Source: Candidatus Woesebacteria bacterium
GTDB taxonomy: Bacteria > Patescibacteriota > Microgenomatia > UBA8517
Assembly: GCA_013426185.1 (NCBI GenBank)
Contig: CP058602.1
Span: 271,123 to 335,122 of the forward strand
DNA: 64,000 nt
Direction: 5' to 3'
The translations under genes were made by a program, and so were the position numbers. A model generated the notes under the pieces. It saw nothing but the letters and a program-made list of their open reading frames with translations, made no database searches and was not told the DNA's origin. Of the stretch, positions 1 to 9,899 are shown one piece after another. Numbering within the stretch: the stretch's first letter is position 1; the number at the start of each line of letters is the position of its first letter.

Positions 1-22
1 CTAAAAAGCAAGGAATTTTCGT

Positions 23-625
23 ATGGAAACAGGAATAGATAACCCAAAATTTATCAACCTTAATAAAGGCAAAAAAGAAATAGGCTGGTGGAAAGACAAA
101 CCACAAAGTCTAATTCAAATTCCTGATACAGGTAATTCATATCGTCTGATTTATACTTTAAGATCAGAAAAAGAACCAAAAGAAGCAAGAGCTGAAGTCC
201 TAATTGCCATAGAAGAAGCTGGAAGAATGTGGAGAAAAAAGCTAGAAGAGAAACGTATCAAAGCAGACAACTTATTTATCTCTATTACCTCTCTTTTACG
301 CGGCCAAGAGCTTCAAGAAGAAATAAAAAGAAAAAGCGTAAATGCAAATGACACCAGCTCACATCTTTTTGGTGCTGCAGCCGATATAGATCCCAATGGA
401 TTTTACCTTTTAGAGAAAGGGAACTTTACTCCCATAAATAGTTCAAATTATAAAAATATAGAAGATCTAAGAAAAGCTCTTTTTGAAACACTGATTGAGA
501 TGGAGAAAGAAGAGTTGATAAGTTTTATTCCAGAATTTGAACCAAGAGAAGACAATAAATCCACTCTTTCCTGCTTTCACATCTGCCCCAACCCAGATAT
601 AGAAAAAATGTTAAAAGGTGAATAA
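23..625 (+). CDS. DUF5715-like protein, M15/Hedgehog-DD-peptidase-fold putative Zn peptidase
   Basis: Motifs ITSLLR..Q, SSHLFGAAADI (H-x6-D) and C-terminal CFHI; AAGGA upstream; in-frame TAA at 2-4 so the ORF is complete. Confidence 0.65.
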   Translation: METGIDNPKFINLNKGKKEIGWWKDKPQSLIQIPDTGNSYRLIYTLRSEKEPKEARAEVLIAIEEAGRMWRKKLEEKRIKADNLFISITSLLRGQELQEEIKRKSVNANDTSSHLFGAAADIDPNGFYLLEKGNFTPINSSNYKNIEDLRKALFETLIEMEKEELISFIPEFEPREDNKSTLSCFHICPNPDIEKMLKGE

Positions 626-627
626 TC

Positions 628-1467
628 TCACTTGCCCATCTTCCCTTTTAAAATCATCTCCAAAACACCAATACTCAAGCCAAAATCATAAACAATTTTA
701 AATATCAAAAACCTCAACTCCATATTTTTTATCCCCTTAAAAAGTCCCAACACCAAAGAAACCGGCAAAGAAGCTCTTATTAAAGCTACTAAATAACCCA
801 AATAACCCATTTTATACTTTCTTTTCCCTACCCACTTTGCATGATTATAAACCTCGCTCAAGCTTTCAGGGTTTTTATGATAAAAAATTGCGCCTTCTGC
901 ATTTTTGGCTTTATAACCAAGTTTTCTATAAAGACTCCAATCATCATCATAACCACCAGCTTCAAAGCCATTAACTCTTTCAAATTCGCTTTTTAAAATT
1001 GCCCTAAAAACAGGCTGAAAATCAGGATAATTTTTAGGGTGGCGACGTTTTTCTTCCCAATTCTCGTTGATATTCCAGCACCTGGCCCAGATATTGTCCC
1101 AATTTGAGACGTACTCTTCCTTGCTAAAAGTTCCCTTAGCTTTGCCTAAGACTATTGGCTCAACCAATTTTTTCAAGAAGTCCTTGTCAAAGGTCATATC
1201 AGCGTCAACAAAAACCAAAATTTCTCCTGTCGCGCTTTTTGTGCCCAAGTTTCTTGCCGCACCTGCGCCAAGATGGGACTCCCTTATCACTTTTAACTTT
1301 AAATTTTCAACTTTTAACTCCGACAAAACCTCCCAAGTTTTGTCGGTTGATCCATCATCAACCACTATAACCTCAAAGTCTTTATAAGTTTGATTTGCCA
1401 AAGACCTCAAGCACTTCCCAATTACTTTTTCCTCATTGTAAGTTGGAATAATTAGTGACGTTTTCAT
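628..1467 (-). CDS. GT2 family glycosyltransferase
   Basis: SLIIPTYNEE, VIVVDDGSTD, ARNLG, FVDAD motifs; start moved to ATG at 1467 (MKTSLII) from the ORF-track 1506. Confidence 0.9.
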   Translation of the reverse strand: MKTSLIIPTYNEEKVIGKCLRSLANQTYKDFEVIVVDDGSTDKTWEVLSELKVENLKLKVIRESHLGAGAARNLGTKSATGEILVFVDADMTFDKDFLKKLVEPIVLGKAKGTFSKEEYVSNWDNIWARCWNINENWEEKRRHPKNYPDFQPVFRAILKSEFERVNGFEAGGYDDDWSLYRKLGYKAKNAEGAIFYHKNPESLSEVYNHAKWVGKRKYKMGYLGYLVALIRASLPVSLVLGLFKGIKNMELRFLIFKIVYDFGLSIGVLEMILKGKMGK

Positions 1468-2731
1468 TTCTTTGTAATTTAAAAAGGCCAAAATTTTTTC
1501 CCACATCTGTTAGTTTAATTGCTTCTTTATAACCAAAGCTTTGTATCTCCCAAACCTGAGTTTCAGAGAAATTGTAATCTAACGGTGCCAAAACATAAAG
1601 GGTTTTTGAGATGGGATAGTCCTCAACACCCAAAGGAGAAATGTTATTATTGAATCTCAAATAATATCTTAAGATATGACCCCGGGTATCAAAATCGTTG
1701 ATAACAACAACATTAAAGTCAAAAGGATTATCTCTTTTAATTTGTGAGGTAGCATAACTAATATTTTTTATAGTAAGGTCTTTCGGCATGCCGGTCGGTC
1801 TATCAAATTTCACCAATGAGGAACTGATATTGAAGAAAAGATAAACAGTCACAAGCAAGCATACTATCAGTTTGTTTTTATCCCAAATTTTAAACAATAA
1901 ATACCCTAAAATTAGTGCGACAACTGGCCAAAATTGCAAAAAATGATAATACGCAATTCCTGAAATTTCAGGTTTACTTATTGCATCAAGAAAATATTGC
2001 CATAAAACAGTTAGATTGTAAAAATTATGTCTCATGTCAAAAATTATCAGAGGCAAATTCGGAATTAACGACGAAGATATAAAAATCAAAAACGATTTAA
2101 CACGCTCCTTTGATAAAGCCAGCGTTAAGATCAAAACCAGTAAATAAGTAGGCAAGTAAAGATATTCCAATGAAATTCCGACACCTGAAAGAATTCCCAA
2201 CCAAAATACTTGCCAGTATTTAAATTTTGTTTTTTCTTCATGTAACAAGTACAAAGTCAAAACACCAACTAGTGGTAGATAATTCAAAATCCAAATAAAG
2301 AGCGAGTGGTAGATCATATAATTGTTAAATAAAAATAATATTAGAGAAAAGGTCGCAGTTTTTTTACCAAACATCCTCTTAGTAACCATGTAAAAAATCA
2401 GGGCGGTGAAAATGTTCAAAACAGAAAAATAAATAGATATTGGCAATACTTGATAATTAAAAACAAATAGTAATGGAATCAAAGAGTAGCTAAATAAAGA
2501 CCCTGAAAAGATTTTAAGTCCTCGCGAAGTGATTCTTTGAACATTTTCAATTCCAAGAAGGGAAAATTTCTCTTTGATCATATTAGCCGAAGTTTCCAGA
2601 CTTATCGCCTGCTCGGGACCAAAAGTAACTCTATTCTCAAAATTATAAAAACGAACAACCACTGCGACCAGAAAGATCACAATTACCAATAAATTATTTT
2701 TTGATAATATTTTTTTGAAAAAGTTCTTCAT
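1433..2731 (-). CDS. Polytopic membrane protein, GT-C (ArnT/PMT-like) glycosyltransferase
   Basis: N-terminal TM then RFYNF..TFGPEQ loop, about 10 hydrophobic segments, soluble C-terminal domain; start uncertain (2731 vs 2758). Confidence 0.65.
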   Translation of the reverse strand: MKNFFKKILSKNNLLVIVIFLVAVVVRFYNFENRVTFGPEQAISLETSANMIKEKFSLLGIENVQRITSRGLKIFSGSLFSYSLIPLLFVFNYQVLPISIYFSVLNIFTALIFYMVTKRMFGKKTATFSLILFLFNNYMIYHSLFIWILNYLPLVGVLTLYLLHEEKTKFKYWQVFWLGILSGVGISLEYLYLPTYLLVLILTLALSKERVKSFLIFISSSLIPNLPLIIFDMRHNFYNLTVLWQYFLDAISKPEISGIAYYHFLQFWPVVALILGYLLFKIWDKNKLIVCLLVTVYLFFNISSSLVKFDRPTGMPKDLTIKNISYATSQIKRDNPFDFNVVVINDFDTRGHILRYYLRFNNNISPLGVEDYPISKTLYVLAPLDYNFSETQVWEIQSFGYKEAIKLTDVGKNFGLFKLQRNENVTNYSNLQ

Positions 2732-3776
2732 ATCTCTCGGCAATTTTATCCCAATCAAACTTCTTTGCCTGAAGCCGTGGAATATTTTTCCAATCCTTAT
2801 TCAAGGCCAAATCTAATGCCTTTGCGTATGAATCAATATCAGTCGGGTCAACTAAGACCCCAGCATCTCCAACAATTTCCCTGCGAATAGGATCGTCTGT
2901 TGCCACAACAGGAAGACCACAAGCCATCGCCTCAACCAAGACATTTCCAAAAGCTTCGCTTGATTCAGATGGCAGTGTAAAAACATTCGCCGCCTGATAT
3001 ATTTTTGGCATCTTCTCAAATGGGATGCTAATAACATTGAAGCGGTCCTTTCCTAAAATCTTCAATCCATAATCTATAATCTCCTGCTTTTTGTCTCCTC
3101 CCCCACCAGCAATAACCAGCTTGGCATCTTTTAACCTTGAAACCGCTTCTATCGCAAGCTCAAGTCTCTTTGACTTAACAAAAGCACCCACCGCAAGAAC
3201 TGTCTTTACTGCTTTTTTTTGTAATTTGGTTCTTGGAGCTTGGAATTTGTTTACATCTACTCCATTTGCAATCTCTACTACTTTAACAAAAGGATTTGCC
3301 TTCTTTGCCCAATTTTTGGCTTTTTCAGAAAGTGCAACAAAAACATCAGGAAAGCACCAAAGATTATTCCTATCATCCCACCCTATCCCTGATTGGCCGG
3401 AAATAATCATCTTGCCACCATAGAGCCAGGTTACAATCCTCAAAATAGCAGGCATAAAACCGCCATTTACAGGAATGATAATATCGTATCTTTCTTTCAA
3501 AATCTGGGTTAAAGACTTAAGGGTAAAAATAAAAATAACTCTGTTTTGGTAATCAAGAAAAACCCGCCTTAAAAAACGATCAGTAAAATCTTTTCTATCA
3601 GGATCAAATTTTATAGAAACCTTTTGAATTTTATAAACCTCTTTACCCTCTCTATCTCCTGCCTGAAAAACAGTTACCTGATGATTTTTAGACAAACGAC
3701 TGGCAAGCTCTTTGACAAAAGTCTCAGCTCCTCGATTAACTACCCCGTTATAGATATTTAAAAAAGCAATTTTCAT
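2694..3776 (-). CDS. GT4 (group 1) glycosyltransferase
   Basis: RGAE, IANGVD, EAFGNVLVEAMACGLPVV (E-x7-E) motifs. Confidence 0.92.
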   Translation of the reverse strand: MKIAFLNIYNGVVNRGAETFVKELASRLSKNHQVTVFQAGDREGKEVYKIQKVSIKFDPDRKDFTDRFLRRVFLDYQNRVIFIFTLKSLTQILKERYDIIIPVNGGFMPAILRIVTWLYGGKMIISGQSGIGWDDRNNLWCFPDVFVALSEKAKNWAKKANPFVKVVEIANGVDVNKFQAPRTKLQKKAVKTVLAVGAFVKSKRLELAIEAVSRLKDAKLVIAGGGGDKKQEIIDYGLKILGKDRFNVISIPFEKMPKIYQAANVFTLPSESSEAFGNVLVEAMACGLPVVATDDPIRREIVGDAGVLVDPTDIDSYAKALDLALNKDWKNIPRLQAKKFDWDKIAERYEELFQKNIIKK

Positions 3777-5134
3777 TTACGCTTGAGTACTTCTATATTA
3801 CCAATCTTATCCTTCAAATCATAATTTTCCTTTACATAACCATACAACTTTTGTGGCACATAAGAAGAAAGGCCAGAATCGGTGTAAGGATAAAGTAAAA
3901 TCAAATTAGGTTTTTCTTCTTTAAGATCGTCGATTTCCTTTTCTTCAATTCCAGGCAAATTTTGATACCATGGAAGTTGAGGCACCCAAGGACGAGTGGC
4001 TGGCAAAGTATCACTTAAAGGATAGACGCTGTCCCACCAGTTAAGAACAAGAATTTTCTCACCAGGACTAGTACTTTTCTTAACATAAGAAATAACCTCT
4101 AGGACTTCTCTTTCGTAAAAACGTGTGCCTTTGCCACAATTTTTTAAGCAAAAAGACAAAACCAAATAAAAGGACGCCAAAAAATAAAAGGCTAAAAACA
4201 ATCGGAGAAAAAAAGAGCGAAAATTAAGATTTGATATTAGAAGAGAAGTGGCGATCGCAAGATAAGGAATTGCAGGTTGAAAATGGAAAAACTCAAAACG
4301 AGGAAAAGCGCCTAGAAAACCAGCAAAAGCCCATAAAAAAAGATTTAAGATTTTGGATTTTTGATTTAAGAACAGAGGTAAAAAAATTAAGAAAGGAAAA
4401 AGACTAGCAAGAATATTTCTTAAAGCTGGAAATTGTATCTGCCCTTGAGATTTGGGCAAAACAAAAATTCCAAATTTAATTGCCCAATTCCAGAAATCAG
4501 GCAAAATACCCAAAGCATAGACTAAAACAAAAAACAACGAGAAAACAATTACCGATCCCCCTACAAACTTCAATATTCTACCCTTTAAATGTCTGACCTT
4601 TAAAGATAGTCGCACAATAATTGAATAAGATATGGGAATCAAAAACCAAAAAGCGGTTTGTTTTGAAAGAAAAGCCAAAGCCCAAAAGACGCCCGCCCAA
4701 AACCAATCTTTCCTTAAAGCAAAATAAAAAGAACAAAAAGCAATAACACCCATATACAAATCAAACCAAAGGCCATTCCCTTCATAAAAAATCATCCAAA
4801 AAGAATAAAACAGAACTGAAAAAAGTGCTGTCTTTTTATTCCAGATTCTTTTGACTACAACAAAAATCAATAAATCAAATAGCAAAATTAAAAGCCAGGT
4901 AAAAATCTTAAGTTGAATTATTCCAACTCCAAAAATTTTATAAAAAATAGAAAGATCAAGAAGCATCAAAGGTGTGTGAGCAATTGCGATATCAGAGTAA
5001 GGCAGCCAACCTTTTATCATCAAATACGGCCAAAACAACATCTCAGGCCAAGCAGTAAAGCGAAGCCTTAATAAAAGAAAAAAGTGTATACCGGTGATTA
5101 GAAAAAACAAAAAAGTAATTTTTTTCCAGCTCAT
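3773..5134 (-). CDS. Polytopic membrane protein, GT-C-like glycosyltransferase
   Basis: GWLPYSDIAIAHTP loop, LAFLSKQ motif, multiple TM segments. Confidence 0.65.
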   Translation of the reverse strand: MSWKKITFLFFLITGIHFFLLLRLRFTAWPEMLFWPYLMIKGWLPYSDIAIAHTPLMLLDLSIFYKIFGVGIIQLKIFTWLLILLFDLLIFVVVKRIWNKKTALFSVLFYSFWMIFYEGNGLWFDLYMGVIAFCSFYFALRKDWFWAGVFWALAFLSKQTAFWFLIPISYSIIVRLSLKVRHLKGRILKFVGGSVIVFSLFFVLVYALGILPDFWNWAIKFGIFVLPKSQGQIQFPALRNILASLFPFLIFLPLFLNQKSKILNLFLWAFAGFLGAFPRFEFFHFQPAIPYLAIATSLLISNLNFRSFFLRLFLAFYFLASFYLVLSFCLKNCGKGTRFYEREVLEVISYVKKSTSPGEKILVLNWWDSVYPLSDTLPATRPWVPQLPWYQNLPGIEEKEIDDLKEEKPNLILLYPYTDSGLSSYVPQKLYGYVKENYDLKDKIGNIEVLKRK

Positions 5135-5135
5135 T

Positions 5136-6386
5136 TTATTTCATTAAAGCCAAAACAGATTTTTCTTCAGAATTATACATAAAAGTATACTTTCCAGAAA
5201 AACTTTCATTAATAAAAAGATCCAAAACATTATGTGCTAACATCAACCTAGCATCTCTTTCAAGATTTAAATCACTCAAATCTATCACTCTAGTAGAAGG
5301 CATATCCACCAAACTCCCTTCAACCCTTTTAACAACATTTTCTATAGAAACCTTTTGCCAACTTGGAAATACATGCCAGGCAATTTTGGGAAAAACAGAT
5401 CTACCCCCAAACAAAAATAGAAGCACAAGACACACCAAGATTGTCTTAAAATCAATCTTCCGCATAAAGAGAGAAATATAAATAGACAGATAAATAGAAG
5501 GAATATAAAGATAATACAACTCGCGTCTTGCTCCAAAGAACATAACTGGAAAAATTGTCATAGCAAAAATTAATAAAAATAAAACCGGCTTTAAATCCTT
5601 AAATAAAATAGGCAAAAAACAAAGAAAGAAAATCAATGGCCAACCCACATAAAAAGAAATAGCAGAAACAAGATTAGCAAAATCAAAAGTAACTCCATAG
5701 GATTTAACAAAAGATAAAGACTTAACAACAAACAAGAAATAAGATTGATATAAAGCATACAAAAACAAAACTATAAAAAACGGAAAAGATTTTTTAACAT
5801 TTATTCCTTTAATATAAGAAATCGCTAAGATAGCAAAAGGAAGACTATACGATAATTCTTTAGAAAAAAGAGCTAAGACATAGAAAATCAGAGAGAATAA
5901 GATGTTCTTGGGATACTTCAAAAACAAAAAGATAGAAATTAGACAAAATAAGGCTGCTGATATCTCGTGAATATTGGAAAAATAAAATAAATACAACCTA
6001 TTGAACAAAACAGATAAAAAGAAAGCGACAAAATCGTTGGAGCTGATTCTTTTTAAGATAAAAAACAGAAAAAACAAATTAAGAGTGTGAATTAAAAACA
6101 TCAAAATAATATAAGGAGCAGGATTTACTTTAAAGATCTCGAATAATGTTCCAAAAAATATGTAACCTATAAACTTCCTATACCCAAACATATCGCCATG
6201 AAGAAGGAAGTCAATAATCATTTTAAGGACTCCGTGATCCTTAAAATATTCAAGCACTCTAAAATCATCGACAGAAAAATATAAATTAGTACGAAAGGCA
6301 AAAAGCAGGTGCAAAAAGCTCAAAACGAATAAAAGCAATAAAAAGATAAAATTACTTAGACCTCTTAATTTAGATGCATTTCTCAT
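5136..6386 (-). CDS. Polytopic membrane protein, GT-C-like
   Basis: Acidic VDDF in first loop, LALFSKE motif, multiple TM segments. Confidence 0.6.
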   Translation of the reverse strand: MRNASKLRGLSNFIFLLLLFVLSFLHLLFAFRTNLYFSVDDFRVLEYFKDHGVLKMIIDFLLHGDMFGYRKFIGYIFFGTLFEIFKVNPAPYIILMFLIHTLNLFFLFFILKRISSNDFVAFFLSVLFNRLYLFYFSNIHEISAALFCLISIFLFLKYPKNILFSLIFYVLALFSKELSYSLPFAILAISYIKGINVKKSFPFFIVLFLYALYQSYFLFVVKSLSFVKSYGVTFDFANLVSAISFYVGWPLIFFLCFLPILFKDLKPVLFLLIFAMTIFPVMFFGARRELYYLYIPSIYLSIYISLFMRKIDFKTILVCLVLLFLFGGRSVFPKIAWHVFPSWQKVSIENVVKRVEGSLVDMPSTRVIDLSDLNLERDARLMLAHNVLDLFINESFSGKYTFMYNSEEKSVLALMK

Positions 6387-6417
6387 TCTTAAGTTTTAAT
6401 TTTAAACAATAAAAAAC

Positions 6418-7221
6418 TTATTCTTTTTCAGAAATTACCAAAAGATGTGATCCCCAATATTTAAAAGGATAAATACCCGTTCTTCCTAAAAAACCAAAAA
6501 TTCTCTGATAGAAAGATCGATTCGGTAATTCTTCCTCCCAACAAGAAGAGTAGTATCTTATGGTTAAACCTTTGTGTTTCAAAAACTTTAGTAAACTACC
6601 TAAATACGGCTCGATAGTAGTATCATCATCTATTTGATATTTCTGGCCTGTGTTTAAAGGCTCAACCTTATTCCAAGAAAGACTTTTAGAAAACATAAAA
6701 TCATTAACCAAACCAGCCATTAATTTTATAAATCTGTTTCCTCTGTAAGGAGGAGAAGCTCTATTAGGAGCTCCAAAGTTTGGAGAAACTATTAAAAACA
6801 AACCACCCGGCCTTAAAACTCTAATAGCCTCTTCTATTACCCTGGCAGGATCATCCAGATGTTCAAAGACAAAAGCAGAATAAACCAGATCAAAACTATC
6901 ATTTTTATAAGGAAGATTTTCAAGATCACCAACCAAAAAATTCAAATTTGGATATTTCTTTCTAGCAATAGAGATGGCTTTACTACTAATGTCTATACCG
7001 TATCCTTTCTGACCTTTCTTGACTAATTTAGAAAGTCTCGTACCATCTCCACAACCCATATCCAATATATCACTAGCTCTCGAAGCTAAATCTAAGAGTT
7101 TCTTCATAGCTGGATGCTCCAAACTAGAACTGCCAGATTCCGCAATCTTATAATAATAAGTTTTAAACCAAATATTTTTCAAAAGTATTTCTTTCAATAC
7201 CCAACACCTCCTTTTTTCCAA
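6418..7221 (-). CDS. Class I SAM-dependent methyltransferase (type 11-like)
   Basis: ILDMGCGDG, GIDIS, FDLV..VFEHL, VLRPGG motifs; true start may be near 7197. Confidence 0.9.
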   Translation of the reverse strand: MEKRRCWVLKEILLKNIWFKTYYYKIAESGSSSLEHPAMKKLLDLASRASDILDMGCGDGTRLSKLVKKGQKGYGIDISSKAISIARKKYPNLNFLVGDLENLPYKNDSFDLVYSAFVFEHLDDPARVIEEAIRVLRPGGLFLIVSPNFGAPNRASPPYRGNRFIKLMAGLVNDFMFSKSLSWNKVEPLNTGQKYQIDDDTTIEPYLGSLLKFLKHKGLTIRYYSSCWEEELPNRSFYQRIFGFLGRTGIYPFKYWGSHLLVISEKE

Positions 7222-8045
7222 AATCTCCTTTTCAGCTTTTTTGGAAAAGTTTCAAAAAATGCTCTAAGAACATAATACCCACTTCTTTTCTGCCATGGGT
7301 CAAAAACAAAATCCGGCCTTTTTTGATAAAAAACTTCAGGATATTTAAAACCACGAGGAAAAGGAATTCCAAGTTCATACTTATACTTAATATTTCTTTT
7401 AATAACCTCTTTATCCTTAAAAACGGTTGAGGATCTCACAAGATGAGTGAAGTGAAGATAATAATCATCAAGATGAAGCCTTTTCTTATTATCTCTTTTC
7501 TGGATCAAAACCCCATCCCCATCATAAATACCCTGTCTTCCATGAGGATTTGAAAAATGAAGTCCTGGAATTTTTCTATTGAAAAATCTTATGGTCAAAT
7601 GCCCTGTCACGCCATCAATACTATACCTTCCAGCTTCTTCTTCCTGATAATGATAAATATCTCCAACTAAGTTGTAATACCTATGAACCAATGACTCTAA
7701 ATCATCACCCCTTTTATTAATAACATCAATCGCTCTTTTTATACCATCCTCCCACCAAACTTCATCGCCATCTAAAATCATCACCCAATCACAATTTGAG
7801 GCATCTAGCATCTCCTGCCTTACTTCTGTAAATTTTTGAGAGTCTACCTCACCTACTTGGCGAAAGCTGATTTTATCCCGATACTTTTTTACTAACTCCT
7901 TTTCAATTTCTATGCTTCTGTCTGTACTTCCCGTATCCCAAAGAAGAATCCTGTCAACATAAGGCGCAACTGAATTAACAGCAAACCAAAGCCACCGCTC
8001 TTCATTTTTGACAAGAGTATGAACAAAAACAGATTTATGAATCAT
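7194..8045 (-). CDS. GT2 family glycosyltransferase
   Basis: LVKNEE, DTGSTD, ILDGDE motifs. Confidence 0.85.
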   Translation of the reverse strand: MIHKSVFVHTLVKNEERWLWFAVNSVAPYVDRILLWDTGSTDRSIEIEKELVKKYRDKISFRQVGEVDSQKFTEVRQEMLDASNCDWVMILDGDEVWWEDGIKRAIDVINKRGDDLESLVHRYYNLVGDIYHYQEEEAGRYSIDGVTGHLTIRFFNRKIPGLHFSNPHGRQGIYDGDGVLIQKRDNKKRLHLDDYYLHFTHLVRSSTVFKDKEVIKRNIKYKYELGIPFPRGFKYPEVFYQKRPDFVFDPWQKRSGYYVLRAFFETFPKKLKRRFWKKGGVGY

Positions 8046-8066
8046 GATTTAAGATTTATGATTTAA
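8031..8066. repeat. GATTTAT-type heptamer array (3' flank of four-helix-bundle gene 1)
   Basis: agatttatgaatcatgatttaagatttatgatttaa; inverted partner ataaatc array at 8439-8455. Confidence 0.8.
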
Positions 8067-8441
8067 GAAAACCTTAGACTTCTTTATAATCCCCTGCAAC
8101 AATTTGTGACACACATCCGCTTGATTCTTAAGAGTAAGATATACATTCTCATCAATGTAACCCACATCTTTAGATATAATCAGCTGATTTTTTAATTCCA
8201 CTAAAGAACCCTGAGCTAAATAATAAAACTGAATTTTCTCCTTGTAAGTCTGCCTCCCAAAACCCTCAGCAATATTACTAGTAACCGAGATGGAAGATCT
8301 TCTTATTTGATCAATCAAAGAATATCTTTCAGATCTTGGAAATTTATCTGTAATCTTATAAAGCATGAGAACTAGCCTATGCCCTTCTTTCCACACATCA
8401 AGATCAGTGAAATCCCTGATTCTATTTATGTTTTTATTCAT
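8049..8441 (-). CDS. Four helix bundle protein (23S rRNA IVP / TIGR02436 family, Avd-like fold)
   Basis: FTDLDVWK, FPRSERYSLIDQIRRSSISVTSNIAEGFGR, AQGSLVELKNQL: family signature. Confidence 0.92.
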   Translation of the reverse strand: MNKNINRIRDFTDLDVWKEGHRLVLMLYKITDKFPRSERYSLIDQIRRSSISVTSNIAEGFGRQTYKEKIQFYYLAQGSLVELKNQLIISKDVGYIDENVYLTLKNQADVCHKLLQGIIKKSKVFLNHKS

Positions 8442-8605
8442 AAATCATAAATCAAAATTCTATAATCCAGTTCTTGATCTTTAAGTTAATCTGTTAATTG
8501 TTATATTGTGATTTTTTTGTAATTTGTACTTTGGAATTTGTACTTTGGAATTTGCCTGCCCTGAACCGAATTTATTCTGGTTCAAGGTTTAGGATTTAGA
8601 ATTTA
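8436..8605. repeat. Intergenic heptamer mosaic R1 with hairpin P1
   Basis: ataaatc, gttaatt, aatttg(t/g), aggattt arrays plus P1 palindrome; modules recur at 10053-10109, 25487-25518, 30029-30090. Confidence 0.9.
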
Positions 8606-9869
8606 TTGTGTAATACTTAATTACTATTCCCCATGTATAAACCAAAAGAATTGTGTTTGTGATTCCAAATGTAATCGTTGGACCAAAGGCACCAAATTTT
8701 GGAATTAAAAGATAATTTAAAACCAAAATTGCCGCCGTCTGAAAAACTGAAAAAACACCAATAATCTTAGGTTTTTTCATTGCATAAATGATGGCCGAGA
8801 CCGAAGGAGCAGTAAATAAAAAGGGAATCATAGAAAGAGCCAAAGCCTGAAAGACTTTAAACGATTCAAGATATTTAGTGCCAAAAAGAAAAAGAACAAA
8901 AGGCTTGGCAATTATCACCCAGAAAATTATCCCCAAACTGATACCAAGTAATGCCAAAACAGATTTTAGGATAAACCTCTTTTCCTTCTCCTTATCTCCC
9001 ATCGAAGCAAGGCGTGGAGAAATAACAGCTGCAAAACTTGATGTTAAAACAGCAATAAAAAAAGCAAGACGACTGGCAACTGAATAATAACCAGTTACAG
9101 TTGCGCCAGCTAAAGCCGCAAGCATCTGGATATCCGCCCTTCCTGAAATAGAAGATAAAATTCTGTTTACTCCAAGCCAGCCGGAAAATTTAACTAAATC
9201 AAGATAAATGTCTTTTTTCGGTTTTGCCCTTAAAAAATCAAAACCCAAAACAAAATAGGTAACAACTACTGTAACAAGGCCGGTCAAAGCAAAAGCAAAA
9301 AGGGATTTTGATAGAGTAAGCCCAGCAAGAGCAAAAAGCAAAACAAAAACCACACGGCCAAAAGAGTAAGAAACCTCAACGAGCATTGAGGAAGAAAATC
9401 TCTTGTAAGCCTGAAGAACAGAAGAAACAAAACTTGATAAAGAAAGACCAATAAGAATAACTATCGCCCAGTAAACCAAAGAGATATCATCACTTGCCAA
9501 AAGTCTATTTGAAATAACGCGACCAAAAGCAAAGAGGATAAACGAAATAAAAAGAAAAAATAAAACTCTAATCACCAAACCCGCTTTTATGTATTCCTTT
9601 GCTTTTTTATCTTCACCCTGCTTGATACTCGCTATAAAGTTAATAAGCGCCGAACTTACACCAAGATCAAGAATAGGAACTATCATCAAGGCAAGATTGT
9701 TGACAGCCGAAAATACTCCGAAGTCAGAAACTGAAAGAGCTCTTGCCACAAACCAAGTGAAGACAAATCCCAAAAAAGCCGTGGCCACATTGCTGAAAAA
9801 AAGAATGTAAGTATCCCGCGCAGTAGATGAGCGAGCCAGGCCAAAAGCTTTGTCAAAATATCTTCTCAC
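8589..9869 (-). CDS. wzx: Oligosaccharide flippase (Wzx/MATE-like polysaccharide exporter)
   Basis: ARALSVSDFGVFS, DLGVSSA, TGYYSVASRL, LLIPKFGAFG; about 12 TM segments; GTG start. Confidence 0.85.
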   Translation of the reverse strand: MRRYFDKAFGLARSSTARDTYILFFSNVATAFLGFVFTWFVARALSVSDFGVFSAVNNLALMIVPILDLGVSSALINFIASIKQGEDKKAKEYIKAGLVIRVLFFLFISFILFAFGRVISNRLLASDDISLVYWAIVILIGLSLSSFVSSVLQAYKRFSSSMLVEVSYSFGRVVFVLLFALAGLTLSKSLFAFALTGLVTVVVTYFVLGFDFLRAKPKKDIYLDLVKFSGWLGVNRILSSISGRADIQMLAALAGATVTGYYSVASRLAFFIAVLTSSFAAVISPRLASMGDKEKEKRFILKSVLALLGISLGIIFWVIIAKPFVLFLFGTKYLESFKVFQALALSMIPFLFTAPSVSAIIYAMKKPKIIGVFSVFQTAAILVLNYLLIPKFGAFGPTITFGITNTILLVYTWGIVIKYYTINSKS

Positions 9870-9875
9870 TCCTCT

Positions 9876-9884
9876 ATTTTAACA
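9876..9884 (-). promoter_or_regulatory. Extended -10 (TGtTAAAAT) 6 nt before the wzx GTG; probable leaderless promoter
   Basis: Minus strand reads tgttaaaat agagga GTG. Confidence 0.55.
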
Positions 9885-9899
9885 TTGAAGCGACAAAAG

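Noticed and set aside
3213-3220. Homopolymer A/T runs of 7-8 nt in GT genes as phase-variation tracts
   Set aside because: Frequent throughout this AT-rich sequence and all affected frames are intact
8049-8441. 23S rRNA gene or rRNA intervening sequence
   Set aside because: Flanks are protein-coding GT and flippase genes; no rRNA-like sequence
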